A DNA stretch of 64,000 nt from positions 7,125-71,124 of the forward strand of contig CAWBOK010000008.1 of the NCBI GenBank assembly GCA_963790415.1. Reading direction: 5' to 3'. The DNA is from an uncultured Actinomycetota bacterium. GTDB lineage: Bacteria > Actinomycetota > Thermoleophilia > RBG-16-64-13. The notes under the pieces are model-generated. The model searched no databases and had not been told where the DNA came from. It was given only the letters and a program-made list of their open reading frames with translations. Both the position numbers and the translations under genes were made by a program. Positions within the stretch are counted from its first letter, which is position 1, and each line of letters begins with the position of its first letter. Shown one piece after another: positions 31,705 to 42,810 of the stretch.

Positions 31705-34700
31705 ATGAACGTGCTGTCCGATTTCTCCGTACCTGTGCGGACCTGGTTCGCCGACACGTTCGGCGACTCCACACCCCCGCAGGCCCTGGGATGGCCGCCC
31801 ATCCAGCGGGGCGAGCACACATTGATCCTCGCGCCCACAGGGTCGGGCAAGACCCTGACGGCGTTCCTGTGGGGTATCGACGACCTCTTCCGCGAGTTAA
31901 CGGGCACGGCAGCGTCGGATGTCGCCATCGCCGCGTCCGGTGCCCCGGTGGCCCCGCCGGATGCCCCAGTTCCCGCGCCCGGCGCGAAAGCGCCTGGGGT
32001 TCCTCCCTCCGCGGCGAAGTCCTCGGTGGTCGCCCCGCCCGGCGTCCGCCTGGTCTATATCTCACCACTCAAAGCCTTGAACAACGACATCCAGCGAAAT
32101 CTGCGCATCCCCCTTGCCGGCGTGCGGGCTGCCGCCGCGGCGGCAGGACTCGTGTGGCCGGAGATACGCGTCGCCGTCCGCTCCGGCGACACGCCGCAAC
32201 GTGAGCGCCGAGCGCTGCTGACGCGACCACCGCACATCCTCATCACCACGCCCGAGTCTCTCTATCTGTTGCTGACGAGTCCTCGGGCACGGGAGATCTT
32301 CGCGCCGGTGCGCACGGTGATCGTCGACGAGATCCACACGCTGGCGGGGAACAAGCGGGGGGTCCACTTGTCGGTGAGCCTCGAGCGGCTGCAGAACCTG
32401 GTTGCGAGACCGATCCAGCGGATCGGGCTGTCGGCGACCATCCGTCCGTTGGAGGAAGTGGCCCGGTTCCTGGGGGGAGCGGAGTGGGCGTCGGGCGTCG
32501 ACGGCAACGCCGACACTGGTGACGGCGCGGTCCCCCCCGGCGAGGGTACCGGCGACGGCCCGCGTCGCGGCGGCCTCGTGGCACGTCCGGTCACCATCGT
32601 CGACGCGGGCCACCAGAAACCGCTCGACCTGCGGGTGGAGACCCTCACCGAAGACTACCGTGGACTGCCCGGGGGCTCGGTCTGGCCTGTGGTGATCCCG
32701 CGGGTGCTCGACCTGATCCGGCAGCACCGCACCACCCTGGTCTTCACCAACAACCGTCGGCTGGCCGAGCGCACGGCCGACCGGTTGAACGAGCAGGCCG
32801 CGGCTGAATCCCGGGGAGAGGCCTCGGGGCTCATCGTTGATGGCGTCGTCAAAGGCGTGGGTTTCACAGCGGCCGGCACGGGGGTGACCCGGGGCGAGTT
32901 GGCCGCCGCCGCCGGGGCCTTGACTGCCGGCGGGCCGCTCGCCCTGCCCCCCTTCCGCGCCCACCACGGGAGCATGGCCCGCGACGCGCGCCTGGAGATG
33001 GAACGCGATCTCAAGGCCGGCACGACCCGAGCCTTGGTGGGCACGTCGTCGCTGGAGCTGGGCATCGACATCGGAACGGTCGACCTCGTGGTGCAGCTGC
33101 AATCCCCGTCCTCGGTGGCGCAGGGCCTGCAGCGCGTGGGCCGCTCGGGCCATCTGGTCGGCCAGACCAGCAAGGGCCGCATCTTCCCCACCCATCGGGA
33201 GGATCTGGTGCAGGCGGCCGTCGTGGCGCGTGGGATGCTCGCGGGTGACGTGGAGGCCGTCGTGACTCCCCTCAACCCGCTCGACGTGCTGGCCCAGCAG
33301 GTCGTGGCGGCGGTGGCCGTGGAAGATTGGCGGGTGGACGATCTCTTCCGCCTCGTGCGCCGGGCCTACGCGTATCGCGACCTGACGCCGCGTGCGTTCC
33401 GAGCGGTGCTCGACATGGTCTCGGGCCGGTTCCCCAGCTCGGCCCACCGGGAGTTGCGCCCGCGACTGGCGTGGGACCGGGTGAACGATCGGTTGACCGC
33501 CTTGCCCGGTTCGCGCCTACTGGCGCTGACGAACGGGGGCACCATCCCCGACAGGGGCCTGTTCGGCGCCTACCTACCCGACGGAAAGACCCGCATCGGC
33601 GAACTCGACGAGGAGTTCGTGTTCGAGAGCCGGGCGGGCGACACGTTCATCCTGGGCTCCCAGGTCTGGCGCATCCTCGAGATCACCGACGACCGCGTGC
33701 TGGTGGGGGAAGCCCCGGGAGCCCTGCCCCGCATGCCGTTCTGGCACGGCGATCTGCCCTGGCGGCCCCACGAGCTGGGGAAGCGGGTGGGGGAGTTCCG
33801 GCGGACTTTGGCCGAGCGGCTGGAGCGGATGGCGTCGGAACTGTCTGCCGCGCGCGAAGCCGGCGACGGGTCGCCCGATCCCGAGGCGGGTGTCGACGTA
33901 CCTGTCGCCGGCGACACGCCGCCCGTGCAGGCAGGCGACCCATGCCCGCCGACCGTTCGGCCGACCAGTCTCAGCCTGCTGCTCGACGAGGAGTGGGACC
34001 ATCCCCGGTTACGGGAAGAGCTGTCGTGGCTCGCCCGCACGTGCGCCCTCGACGGGCCGTCCGGCAGGCAGATCCTCCGCCACATGGCGACGCAACTCGA
34101 CCGGGGCGGGGAGGTGGCCACCGACCGCACCGTCGTGGTGGAGGCGTTCGACGACGCCATCGGCGATCCGCGCATGGTGGTGCACTCCGTCTTCGGCGGC
34201 CGGGTGAACGGCGCGTGGGGGATGGTCCTGGCGGGAGCCCTGCGCGAACGGACCGGCGTGGAGGTGGAGATGCAGGCCGGCGACGACGGCATCCTCATGC
34301 GCTTCCCCGACTCCGACGCCGAATTCCCGCTCGACCTGATCGCGGCTATCGGGCCGGCGGAGGCACGGCGCCGTCTGCTGGCCGAGTTGCCCGATTCCGC
34401 GGTGTTTGGGGCTCAGTTCCGCATGAACGCCGCCCGGGCCCTGCTGCTTCCCGGCCTGCGGGGCGGAAAGCGCACGCCATTTTGGCTGCAGCGGCTGCGC
34501 GCCCGCGATCTGCTGCAGGGTGGTTCGGGGCTACCCCGACTTTCCGCTCCTGGCGGAGACCTACCGCGACTGCCTGGAAGACGTGATGGACGTTCCCGCT
34601 CTGGAAGACGTGCTGGCAGCCGTCGAGAGGGGCGAGATCCGAGTGGTGACGGTGGAGTCGCTGGTGCCGTCGCCGGTGGCCCAGAGCCTGTTGCGGAAGT

Positions 34701-36919
34701 TCGCGGACGTCCACCTCTACGACGCCGACACTCCCAAGGCGGAGCGCAACCTGCAGGCGATGGCCGTCAACCCCGAGCTGCTGCAGGACCTGTTGCGCGA
34801 CGTGCGCCTGGACGAGGTACTGAAACCTGAGGCTCTGGTGGAGGTGGAAGCGCGGTTGCAGCGCACCGCCCCGGATGGACGGGCCCGCACGGTGGAGGAA
34901 CTCGCGCTGTTGCTGGAGGAGCTGGGTGATCTCTCCACGGCCGAGGTGGTCGCCCGATGCGTCGTCGCTCCCGGTGCATGGTTGGCGGAACTCGAGGCAC
35001 AGGGGCGGATCGCCAGGATCGAGATACCAACGTCGTTGGGGATGGAGGAACGCTGGGTGTGGGGCGAGTGGAGGGAGGACTACCGGCAGGCTCTGGGCGT
35101 CGGCGCCGCGCCGGGCGCCGTGGGCCACACCCTGGCCGACCACGACGCACCCCTTGCCCGCGACGCGATGCGACGCATCCTCGAGCGGCACCTGGCGCGT
35201 TCGGGGCCGGTGACCGTGGAGCAACTCGGTCGGCGTTACGGATTCCCCGCCGAAGCGCTTCAGGATGAGCTTCACGAGATGGTCGGAACGCGCCGACTGG
35301 CCGAAGGCCGGTTCTCGCCGAAGACGGAGACTGCTCCCCCCGCCGGCGACGCCACGCCGGCCCCCGTGGCGCCGGTCGAGCCGCCCTACACTGAGTATGT
35401 CGACGTCCACGTTCTCGAGCAGCTCCACCGCCACACGCTGGGCGCGTTGCGCCGCGAAGTGCGGTCGGTCGATCTCGCCACTTACGCGGACTTCCTCGTG
35501 GATTGGCAGCGTCTGTCGGCGGATAGGCGCTTGGACGGCGAGGGAGGCCTGCGCCAGGTCCTCGCGCAGCTGCGGTCCGCGCCGGTCGTGGGAGCCGTGT
35601 GGGACAGGGACGTGCTGCCCCTCCGGCTGTGGGACTTCGACCCCGCCCTTCTCGAGTCGCTCTGTCGGAGTGGCGACCTGGTGTGGATCGTCTCCGGCGA
35701 GAAAGACCCTCGCCGGGCTCGGGTGCGGTTCCTCTTCCGTGGCGAGGGGGCGGCGTTCCTGGGGGCCGGGGCGGGCGAGGATTCCGGCCTGACCCCACCG
35801 GCTGTGGCGGTCCACGACCTGCTGCGCACGGAGGGCGCGCTGTTCACCGCCGATCTTCGCGGCGGGCTCGCACTCGATTCGGACGCCCTGGAATCCGCCC
35901 TCGTGGAACTCGTGATGGCCGGCCAGGTGACCAACGACAGCCTTGGTGTACTGCGGCGCCTCGCGGACTGGGCTCCGGTTGCGCCCCGGACGAGGCGCGG
36001 GGCCGCGTCCAGCCTGGAGGCCGATCTCGCCCGGCGCCTCGAAGGGCGCGGGCTCGGCGCCGGCACCACCCGGCGGCTCAGCGGCCGCTTCTCCGGGTCG
36101 TCGTCGTATCCAGGTGTGCGCCCGCACGGCCTGCAACGGCCGGCGCGCGGCGTCCAGCGCGCGGCTTCTCGGCGCGTGCGCGACCGACTGGCCCTGCGCG
36201 GCCCTGCTCCCGGCGGGGCCGGGCCGGCCGATCTACCCACCGACGGCCGCTGGAGTCTGGTCGACCGTCTGGGGATCATGGGTCCTCCGCTACCGCCGGA
36301 CGAGCGCTCGCTGCGACAGGCGCGTCAGCTGTTGTTACGGCATGGAGTGGTCACTCGAGCCTGTCTCGACCGCGAGGAGGGACCGTGGGAGTGGACCGCC
36401 ATCTACCGTCAGCTGCTGCGCATGGAGCTGCGGGCCGAAGTCCGGCGGGGCTACTTCGTACGGGGGCTTCCCGGGGTGCAGTTCGCGCTTCCGGAGGCGG
36501 TCGAACGCCTGCGGGCGGCGAGCGGCTCGGGCGGGGGAGAGGCAAGGCGCGCCGACGGCGAGGGGTCCGTCGTGGTCATGAACGCCTGCGACCCGGCGAA
36601 TGTCTGGGGGTCGGCTTCGCTGGGAATCGATGCCGCACAGTTTGTGCGGGTGCCTACTACCTGGCTGGTCCAGCACCGTGGCCTTCCCGTGCTCGTCGCC
36701 GAGGACACCGCCGCCCGCATCAGAGTCGCGCCGGGCGCCGATGTGGGCCTTGTTCGCGACGCCCTCGCGGCGCTCGTGGAGCATCTGAGTGGGTTTACGA
36801 ACCGGATGACCGTCGAGAGCTGGGACGGCGTCCGCGTGTTGGACAGCAGCGGCGCGGCACTGCTCGATTCGCTGGGGTTCTACCCGGACCACCCCTGCAT
36901 GACCCGGGAGCGTGGGTGA
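31705..36919 (+). CDS. lhr: Lhr-family DEAD/DEAH helicase, long form, frameshift near 34520
   Basis: APTGSGKT, ISPLKAL, TTPESL, DEIH, HHGS, SSLELGIDIG, QRVGRSGH. C-terminal half has RRGYFVRGLPGVQFA. Confidence 0.9.
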
Positions 36920-36949
36920 GGCCGGCGGCTCAGTCCCGCCGGCCTCACC
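36915..36949. terminator. Stem-loop between convergent genes
   Basis: GGTGAGGCCGGCGG-CTCAGTC-CCGCCGGCCTCACC, a 14-bp perfect stem. Confidence 0.65.
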
Positions 36950-36981
36950 GCAGGGTGCCTAGAGGGAAGCAGGTGTGGAGA

Positions 36982-38057
36982 TCACGGAAGCCACGCCGAC
37001 CCGTTCCACCACTTGTGCCAGAGGGCGTTGTCCGTCCCACGTGTGAACACGTCGATGCGGTTGGGACCCCAGGAGACAGCGTCGGGATCGGAGGTGATGA
37101 CGCCACCCAGAACCTGCCACCCCGACCAACCACTGCTGTACCACCTGTGCCAGAGGGAATTGCCCGGACCGCGCACGAACACGTCGAGGCGGCCGCTTGC
37201 CCAGGAGGAGACACCCGGACCGGAGGCGAGAGTCCCGCCGAGGTTCTCGTAGTGCAGGGCCGGAACCGTGGTGGTCGTGGTCGAGCTGGTCGTCGTGGTC
37301 GTGACTTCAGTGGTGGTCGTCGTGGTCGACGATGTCGAGGTGGTGGTAGTCGCGGGGGGCGCGAGTTGGCCGAGCAGGTTGTGCAACACCTGGGCCACCT
37401 CACCCCGGGTCATCTCCCCCCAGGGAGCCAGCGTCGCAAGCGGGAGGCCGGCAAGCAGTCCGTTGTATTCGGCCCGCCGGGCGTTGGCCCCGTGGGTGGG
37501 GGCGTCACCCCAGCCCGCGGCACCCACCCAACTCGGCGGTGGAGCGCCCAGGAGACCCGGCTCCAGGTCGTCGGCTGCCCGCACCACCATGCTGATCACC
37601 TGCAGGCGGCTGATCTCTGTGCCCGGGGAGAAGAGCCCGGGAGCGGTCCCTTGGTGATCGCATGGGCGGCGGCCACGGCCACGAAGTTGTCGGGGTAGAA
37701 GGAGGCGGTGTCGCTCTTCTCTACGTCGGTGAAGGTGCAGATGTCGGCCTCCGAGACAGGATAGCCGCCGGTGAGCACGATCATCTTGGCGAACTGCTGG
37801 CGCGTGACCGCGTCGTTTGGACCAAAGTCTCCGTTGCCGTAGCCGTTGATGATGCCGCGGGAGGCCAGATCGGTGATGGCGTCGTAGTAGGGGTGGCTGG
37901 CCGGGACGTCGGGGAAGCTCGCGGTCACAGCCAGGGCGAGCGACACCACCAGCACCATCAACGCAACCAAGACGATGGCGGCGGAGAGCACCCCTACCAG
38001 CAGTCGCCGGCGCCGGCGCCTGGTGCTTGACGTGGATACGGCAGGCTTGAGATTCAT
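36982..38057 (-). CDS. Secreted S-layer-homology (SLH) protein with Thr linker and PLL/fucose-lectin-like repeats, frameshift near 37650
   Basis: Signal/TM segment, SLH motif [10 protein letters not shown]...GIINGY...TRQQFAKM, poly-Thr linker, and [18 protein letters not shown] / [18 protein letters not shown] repeats. Confidence 0.78.
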
Positions 38058-38282
38058 ACCGACCCTCCCCCTTCGCCGTTGTCGACCCGTTCAGGGTTCA
38101 CATTCTGACTCTGATTCTATGACGGAAGCGTTCGGAAGGTAAATGCGCCCGCGGTCCGCCAAAGCGCCCCCAGCCGCTTCATGGTGACCGTCTCGGCCGG
38201 GACCATCCGGCCCCGTATCGCATCTGCCGCCCCGGCGACGTACTATGGTGGAGCTGGCGATGACACACGCGAGGAGGCATCG

Positions 38283-38753
38283 ATGGGGGCGGACACCTGG
38301 CAGGACGCGAAAGACAAGGCGATGGCCGGTTTTCTCGACAACGGGCCGGCGCATCTCAACTGTGCGCAGGCGGCGGTCGCTTTCGCGGCGTTCGGCTTGG
38401 GTCTCGATCCTCGGTTGGTGCTCGCGGCCCGCTACATGGGCGGCGGGTCGGTGGGAATGGGTCATCTGTGCGGCGCCCTCTCAGGAGCGATCCTGGCGCC
38501 CGGGCTGCGCGATTTCTTCGCTGGAGCGGAGTGGCCCGACCGGGCCGCGCCCGACAAACCGGCTCTGCAGCAGCTCATCCGGGATTTCGAGGCCGAGTTC
38601 GGCACGGCCACCTGCCTCGGGCTCACCGGCCACGACATCTCTTCCAAAGAGGGCTACCGAGTTTTCAAGCATGACCCGATCGCCAAGCGGTGCGCCGACT
38701 ACGTCGCCTGGGTCTGCGATCGCCTGGAACCCATCCTGAGAGGGGTCGACTGA
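38283..38753 (+). CDS. C-GCAxxG-C-C family redox protein
   Basis: NCAQA, LCGALSG, ATCLGLTG and RCADYV cysteine pattern. RBS GAGGAGG. Confidence 0.85.
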   Translation: MGADTWQDAKDKAMAGFLDNGPAHLNCAQAAVAFAAFGLGLDPRLVLAARYMGGGSVGMGHLCGALSGAILAPGLRDFFAGAEWPDRAAPDKPALQQLIRDFEAEFGTATCLGLTGHDISSKEGYRVFKHDPIAKRCADYVAWVCDRLEPILRGVD

Positions 38754-38760
38754 CCGTTCC

Positions 38761-40080
38761 ATGGAACGAAAGCGCTACACGATCCACCTCTCGGGTCCGT
38801 TGTCCGGCTGCAATCCGCGGCAGCGGCGTCTCTGGCGCGCCGAGTTCAAGAGACTCTGCCCCGACATGCTGACCATCGACCCCAGCGAGTGGGGCGACGA
38901 GTGGGACTTCTCCCGCGACCTGCGGGCCGTCGCCGCGTGTGATGTGGTGGTGGCCAACATGTGGAAGGAGTCCATCGGCACTACGATCGAGATCATGCAG
39001 GCCCGAGCGTGGGGCAGACCGGTGGTGGTCATCGACCCCAACCATCTCGATCACGCCATCCTCCGCGGTCTGGTCGCCCCCGAGAAGCCTGTCCACTCCG
39101 TGAAAGAAGCGGCCGCACGGGTGCGCGTCTTGGTGCGGGAGTTGGGCGGTTTCAGCGTCATGAAGAAGGACGGTTCGTCGGAATCCTTCGACCGCGACAA
39201 GTTGATGCGTGGTCTCAAGCTGGCGTGTATCGAAGCCGGCGTCGACGACCTGGAGTTTCCCAACCAGGTCCTCGGGCCGGTCGTGGCTTCTCTCCGCAAG
39301 GAGGCCGCGAGCAGGGTGGTCAGCACCGGCGATATCAAGAATGTTGTGTTCGCCCAGATCGACGGCCTGGCGGTGGAGACCGAGGGCCGCAAAGCCGTCG
39401 GGGACTTTGCCGTCCGCGTGCGGCGGGCGTGGGAGAAGCAGGAGAGCCGCAAGCAGGGGGACGCCTACCTCGATGTGCTCCACGACGACAACGACGACCT
39501 CCGTGCCCGGGTGAGAGACCTGGGGATCCTGGTAGCTCAGCTGCACCAGGAGATCGCCGAACGCGATGCCCGACTCACCGAACTCGATCGCCGCCCGGAA
39601 GCCCCTGTCCCGCCGCCTCCGACGACTCTGTTCGAAGCGTTGCGTCGCGTCGAGCGCGACTACGCCGACGCGATCGCCGTCCATCCGCGGGCACTGAAGA
39701 GCGCGAAGGATTGCCCCTTTCAAGATGTGGACAGAGCCAACACTGCGCTTCGGCTCTTGGCACGATATGCACGCGAACGTCTGGAAGCCACCTCCTCTCC
39801 CGGCTGTCGTCCACCGGGAGCGAAAGAGTGGTTCAGGCAGCGCAGGGAGGAGGCCCCCTGGCTCGGCTATGCACCGCACGAGAGCAAGACCAGCATGAGT
39901 ATGTGGGCCGTCGAGCGCACGGTCGACTTCGCGGGGGAGACCCTGCTCATCGAGCAGCATCTTCGCATCGGAAAGGGTAGCCCCTCCGACCTGCTCCGCG
40001 TCCACTTCGCCATCCACCAGGCGACAGGGCAGGTGGTCATCGGCCACTGCGGGCGGCATCTGACGAACACCAAGTCCTGA
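38761..40080 (+). CDS. Multidomain protein: NDT/nucleotide N-glycosidase-like + ATP cone + coiled coil + putative RelE-like C-terminal domain
   Basis: IHLSGP...RDLRAVAACDVVVA...SIGTTIE..A...GRPVVV; VMKKDGSSESFDRDKL; heptad segment; HLRIG...LLRVHF...VVIGHCGRHL. Confidence 0.7.
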   Translation: MERKRYTIHLSGPLSGCNPRQRRLWRAEFKRLCPDMLTIDPSEWGDEWDFSRDLRAVAACDVVVANMWKESIGTTIEIMQARAWGRPVVVIDPNHLDHAILRGLVAPEKPVHSVKEAAARVRVLVRELGGFSVMKKDGSSESFDRDKLMRGLKLACIEAGVDDLEFPNQVLGPVVASLRKEAASRVVSTGDIKNVVFAQIDGLAVETEGRKAVGDFAVRVRRAWEKQESRKQGDAYLDVLHDDNDDLRARVRDLGILVAQLHQEIAERDARLTELDRRPEAPVPPPPTTLFEALRRVERDYADAIAVHPRALKSAKDCPFQDVDRANTALRLLARYARERLEATSSPGCRPPGAKEWFRQRREEAPWLGYAPHESKTSMSMWAVERTVDFAGETLLIEQHLRIGKGSPSDLLRVHFAIHQATGQVVIGHCGRHLTNTKS

Positions 40081-40125
40081 AGGCGGGGGCGGCTCCGCGC
40101 GGCGCTGCAGGGTCGCAGGGGCGGG

Positions 40126-40251
40126 CTATCGCCAGAGCGATTCGTCGATGTGTTCAAACTCGGCGGTCGCCCTCTCGAACTCAGCGATGTCGTCGGCGGT
40201 CCAGGTGCCGACCAGCGCGTCGAGGTCGCTGAAGATGGGGTGGTTTGCCAT
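40126..40251 (-). CDS. Short antitoxin-like peptide or remnant (41 aa)
   Basis: MANHPIFSDLDALVGTWTADDIAEFERATAEFEHIDESLWR after a GAGGAG RBS. Resembles the C-terminal region of VapB-like antitoxins. No toxin gene follows. Confidence 0.45.
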   Translation of the reverse strand: MANHPIFSDLDALVGTWTADDIAEFERATAEFEHIDESLWR

Positions 40252-40419
40252 GGCAGACTCCTCGGCGCTCCGATGGTATTGGCCAGCGACAACATGATAC
40301 CGCGGGCGTGAGAGCAGGATCGTGCGCTTCTTCCGGTAGCCATAGATGCCCACCGGCTTGACAGCCACCGCCTCGGCGTGATACTTCTTCGCGGCACAAC
40401 CGAGCAACGCCGCTTGGTG

Positions 40420-40645
40420 CCGCCGGTCCGGTGATGCAGGAGCCTCTCGAGGCGCTGCGACCGCCGCCGGTGGAGAATAGGGAATCGGGTGAGAATCCCG
40501 AGCGGTCCCGCCGCTGTGATCGGGGAGTGAACTCGCATGAGGCCACTGTCCCACCACCATCGGCCCGTAGTGGGCAGTTGGCAAGGGGGATGGGAAGGCG
40601 CGGGGGAGCGGTGATCCGAGAGTCAGCAGACCTGCCCGGCGGCTG
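40420..40645 (+). ncRNA. Cobalamin (AdoCbl-class) riboswitch
   Basis: Conserved elements in order: GGTG...AATAGGGAATCGGGTGAGAATCCCGAGCGGTCCCGCCGCTGTGA...GCCACTG...GGGAAGGC...GAGTCAGCAGACCTGCC (B12 box). Confidence 0.93.
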
Positions 40646-40689
40646 GTAGGCCTCCCGTGTGAAGGGGGCCCTGCTGAGAGACGATGGCA

Positions 40690-40727
40690 AAGTCTCCGGC
40701 CTACTTTAGGCTGGGGGCTTTTCTTTT
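40690..40727 (+). terminator. Riboswitch expression-platform intrinsic terminator
   Basis: AAGTCTCCGGCCTA-CTT-TAGGCTGGGGGCTT stem (with G-U pairs) followed by TTCTTTT, 25 bp before the first gene. Confidence 0.8.
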
Positions 40728-40752
40728 GCCCCCTCAACCCGAAAGGGGGCAG

Positions 40753-41646
40753 ATGTGGCGACACAGAGACGCAGTGCAGGCTGAATCCCGACTTGAACGC
40801 GCGGTTCCTGTGGCGGCGCGGGAACGCACACGGACACGCGCCCGGGGCCGGAGGCGCGCCGGAGGGCATGCGACTCCGGCTCTCGTGGCGATCGCGGTAC
40901 TTGTCGCGTTGACCGTGCTGGTGGAGCTCGTGGTCCAGGCGGCGCACGTCGCCCCGTTCGTGTTCCCTCCGCCGTCCATGGTGCTGCGCGAGTTGGCCGA
41001 CGGACCTGGGCTGTTCGCCCGGCACGCCATGTACACGCTGTACGAAGCGGGAGCCGGGCTTGTGGTCGCGGCGGCGGCGGCGCTGATCTTCGCCGCCGCC
41101 GCTCTTCACTCCCGCTTTCTCGACCGGGTGCTGACGCCATTCGTGGTGGTGTCTCAGACCATCCCGGTGATCGCGCTGGCGCCTCTGCTGGTTCTCTGGA
41201 TCGGCTACGGAGCTCTGCCGCGGGTGATCGTCTGCGCCCTCATCGCCTTCTTCCCGATGGCGGTGATGACTCTGCAGGGGTTCCGCTCGACCGATCCGCA
41301 GTTGCTCACACTACTCCGCTCCGTGAATGCCTCGCCATGGGATGTCTTTTGGCGGGTGCGCGTGCCGGGAGCGGCGCCCTTCTTGGCCGCCGCGTTCCGC
41401 ACCGGGGTCACGTTGAGCCTGGTCGGAGCCGTGGTGGCCGAGTGGACCGGCACCGACCGGGGTCTCGGCTACCTGGTGCTGAGCGCGAACTCGCGCATGG
41501 CCACGGCACAGGCGTTCGCCGCCGTTCTCGTGATCACCCTGCTCGGCCTCGTCGCGTACGGTGGCGCCGTGCTGCTGGAACGGAAGATCTGCTGGTGGAA
41601 CTCCGCGGCCCCCGTCGGCCGCCCTTACGACAAGAAAGAAGGATGA
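40753..41646 (+). CDS. NitT/TauC/SsuC (ThiX-like) ABC permease
   Basis: FPPPS, QTIPVIALAPLL, FFP, EAA-loop region, AVVAEW...GLGYL. Confidence 0.9.
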   Translation: MWRHRDAVQAESRLERAVPVAARERTRTRARGRRRAGGHATPALVAIAVLVALTVLVELVVQAAHVAPFVFPPPSMVLRELADGPGLFARHAMYTLYEAGAGLVVAAAAALIFAAAALHSRFLDRVLTPFVVVSQTIPVIALAPLLVLWIGYGALPRVIVCALIAFFPMAVMTLQGFRSTDPQLLTLLRSVNASPWDVFWRVRVPGAAPFLAAAFRTGVTLSLVGAVVAEWTGTDRGLGYLVLSANSRMATAQAFAAVLVITLLGLVAYGGAVLLERKICWWNSAAPVGRPYDKKEG

Positions 41647-42750
41647 ACATGATGCTCCGCAAGAAACACACGCATGCCGCCCTATCGGCGACTCTGTTGG
41701 CGGTCTTCCTCCTGCTGTGGGCGACGGCCTGCGGCACCTCCGCCACGACGACGACCGCACCGGCGCCATCTTCCACGGTGGCTTCGGACACCGCGACCAC
41801 CGCGGGTTCCAGCTCAGCCGCCAAAGTGGGGCCGCCGGAGGTGGCCAAGGTCGACCTGATCATGGATTGGGTGCCCTGGGTGCTCGATATCCCGATCGAC
41901 GTGGCGCAGGAGAAGGGTTTCTACACCGACGCCGGCCTGGAAGTGACCCAGACTCTGCCGGCGGGGCCCACCGACGTGGTCAAGTTCGTCTCCACCGGCA
42001 AGAGCCAGTTCGGCCTGTACTATGCCCCGGACATGCTCATGGGTGTGGCCGAGGGCGCGTCGCTCGTGTCCGTCGCGGCCCTCATGGGCCACGCGCCGGT
42101 GGGGCTGGCCGTGGCGCCTGGTGTTGACGTCACGGAGCCAAAGGACTTGGTGGGCAAGACCGTGGCCGTGCCGCTGATCCCTTCGGTGCGGGCTTCATAC
42201 GACACCATGCTCAAGGTTGGAGGCGTCGATCCGGAGTCGGTGACCCTCGTCGATCCCGGATACACCTTGGTTGCTCCGCTGCTCGCGGGGACCTACCACG
42301 CGGTGGCGTTCACTGAGTTCGGTGAGCTTGTGGAAGCGGAAGCAATCGCGGGCGAGAAGTTGACCTATCTCGACTTCCGCGACTGGGGCACCCCCGACTA
42401 TGCGTTCATGAATGTGATCACCGCCTCCGACTTCGCTCAGAAGAATCCGAACACCGTGCGCGTGTTCGTGGAGGCGACCATGGCCGGTCTCGCCTACGCG
42501 GCGGCGAACCCCGAGGAGGCTGCGGACATCTACGTGGCCCGCCATCCGGAGCTGAAGAAGGATCTCCTTTTGGCGCAGTGGCGCGCGGCCCTGCCCTCGA
42601 TGGCCACGGCCTACGGTCGACAAACCGGCCGGGTGGCAGGACGTGGAGGCGTGGACGGCCCTGAACACATGGATGGTGGAGGCGGGTCTGCTGAAGCAGC
42701 CCGTCGAACTAGGCGGATCGGTGAGCAACGACTATCTGGCGGCGCCGTGA
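41643..42750 (+). CDS. NMT1/THI5 (ThiY-like) ABC substrate-binding lipoprotein, frameshift near 42615
   Basis: Lipobox ATAC, MDWVPW, VAQEKGFYTDAGLEV, NPNTVRVFVEATMAGLAYAAANPEEAA. True C-terminus GWQDVEAW...VSNDYL in the next frame. Confidence 0.85.
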
Positions 42751-42810
42751 TGGGAGCGGCGGCTTCGTGCGCCCGCCCGGCGCCGGGCGGGCCGGAGAGG
42801 GTGCGGCGGC

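Noticed and set aside
34505-34535. Programmed frameshift or true split in lhr
   Set aside because: No slippery heptamer, and it is consistent with the window-wide indel errors.
37266-37352. Short tandem repeats (also 56704-56809) as a CRISPR array
   Set aside because: They are codon-level poly-Thr linkers with no spacers and no cas genes.
40660-40690. GGGGGCCCTGCTGAGAG resembling the start of a TPP riboswitch, tempting because a ThiXYZ-like transporter follows
   Set aside because: The downstream TPP elements (ACCTGAT...GCGNAGGGA) are missing. The stretch is the linker and terminator of the cobalamin riboswitch.
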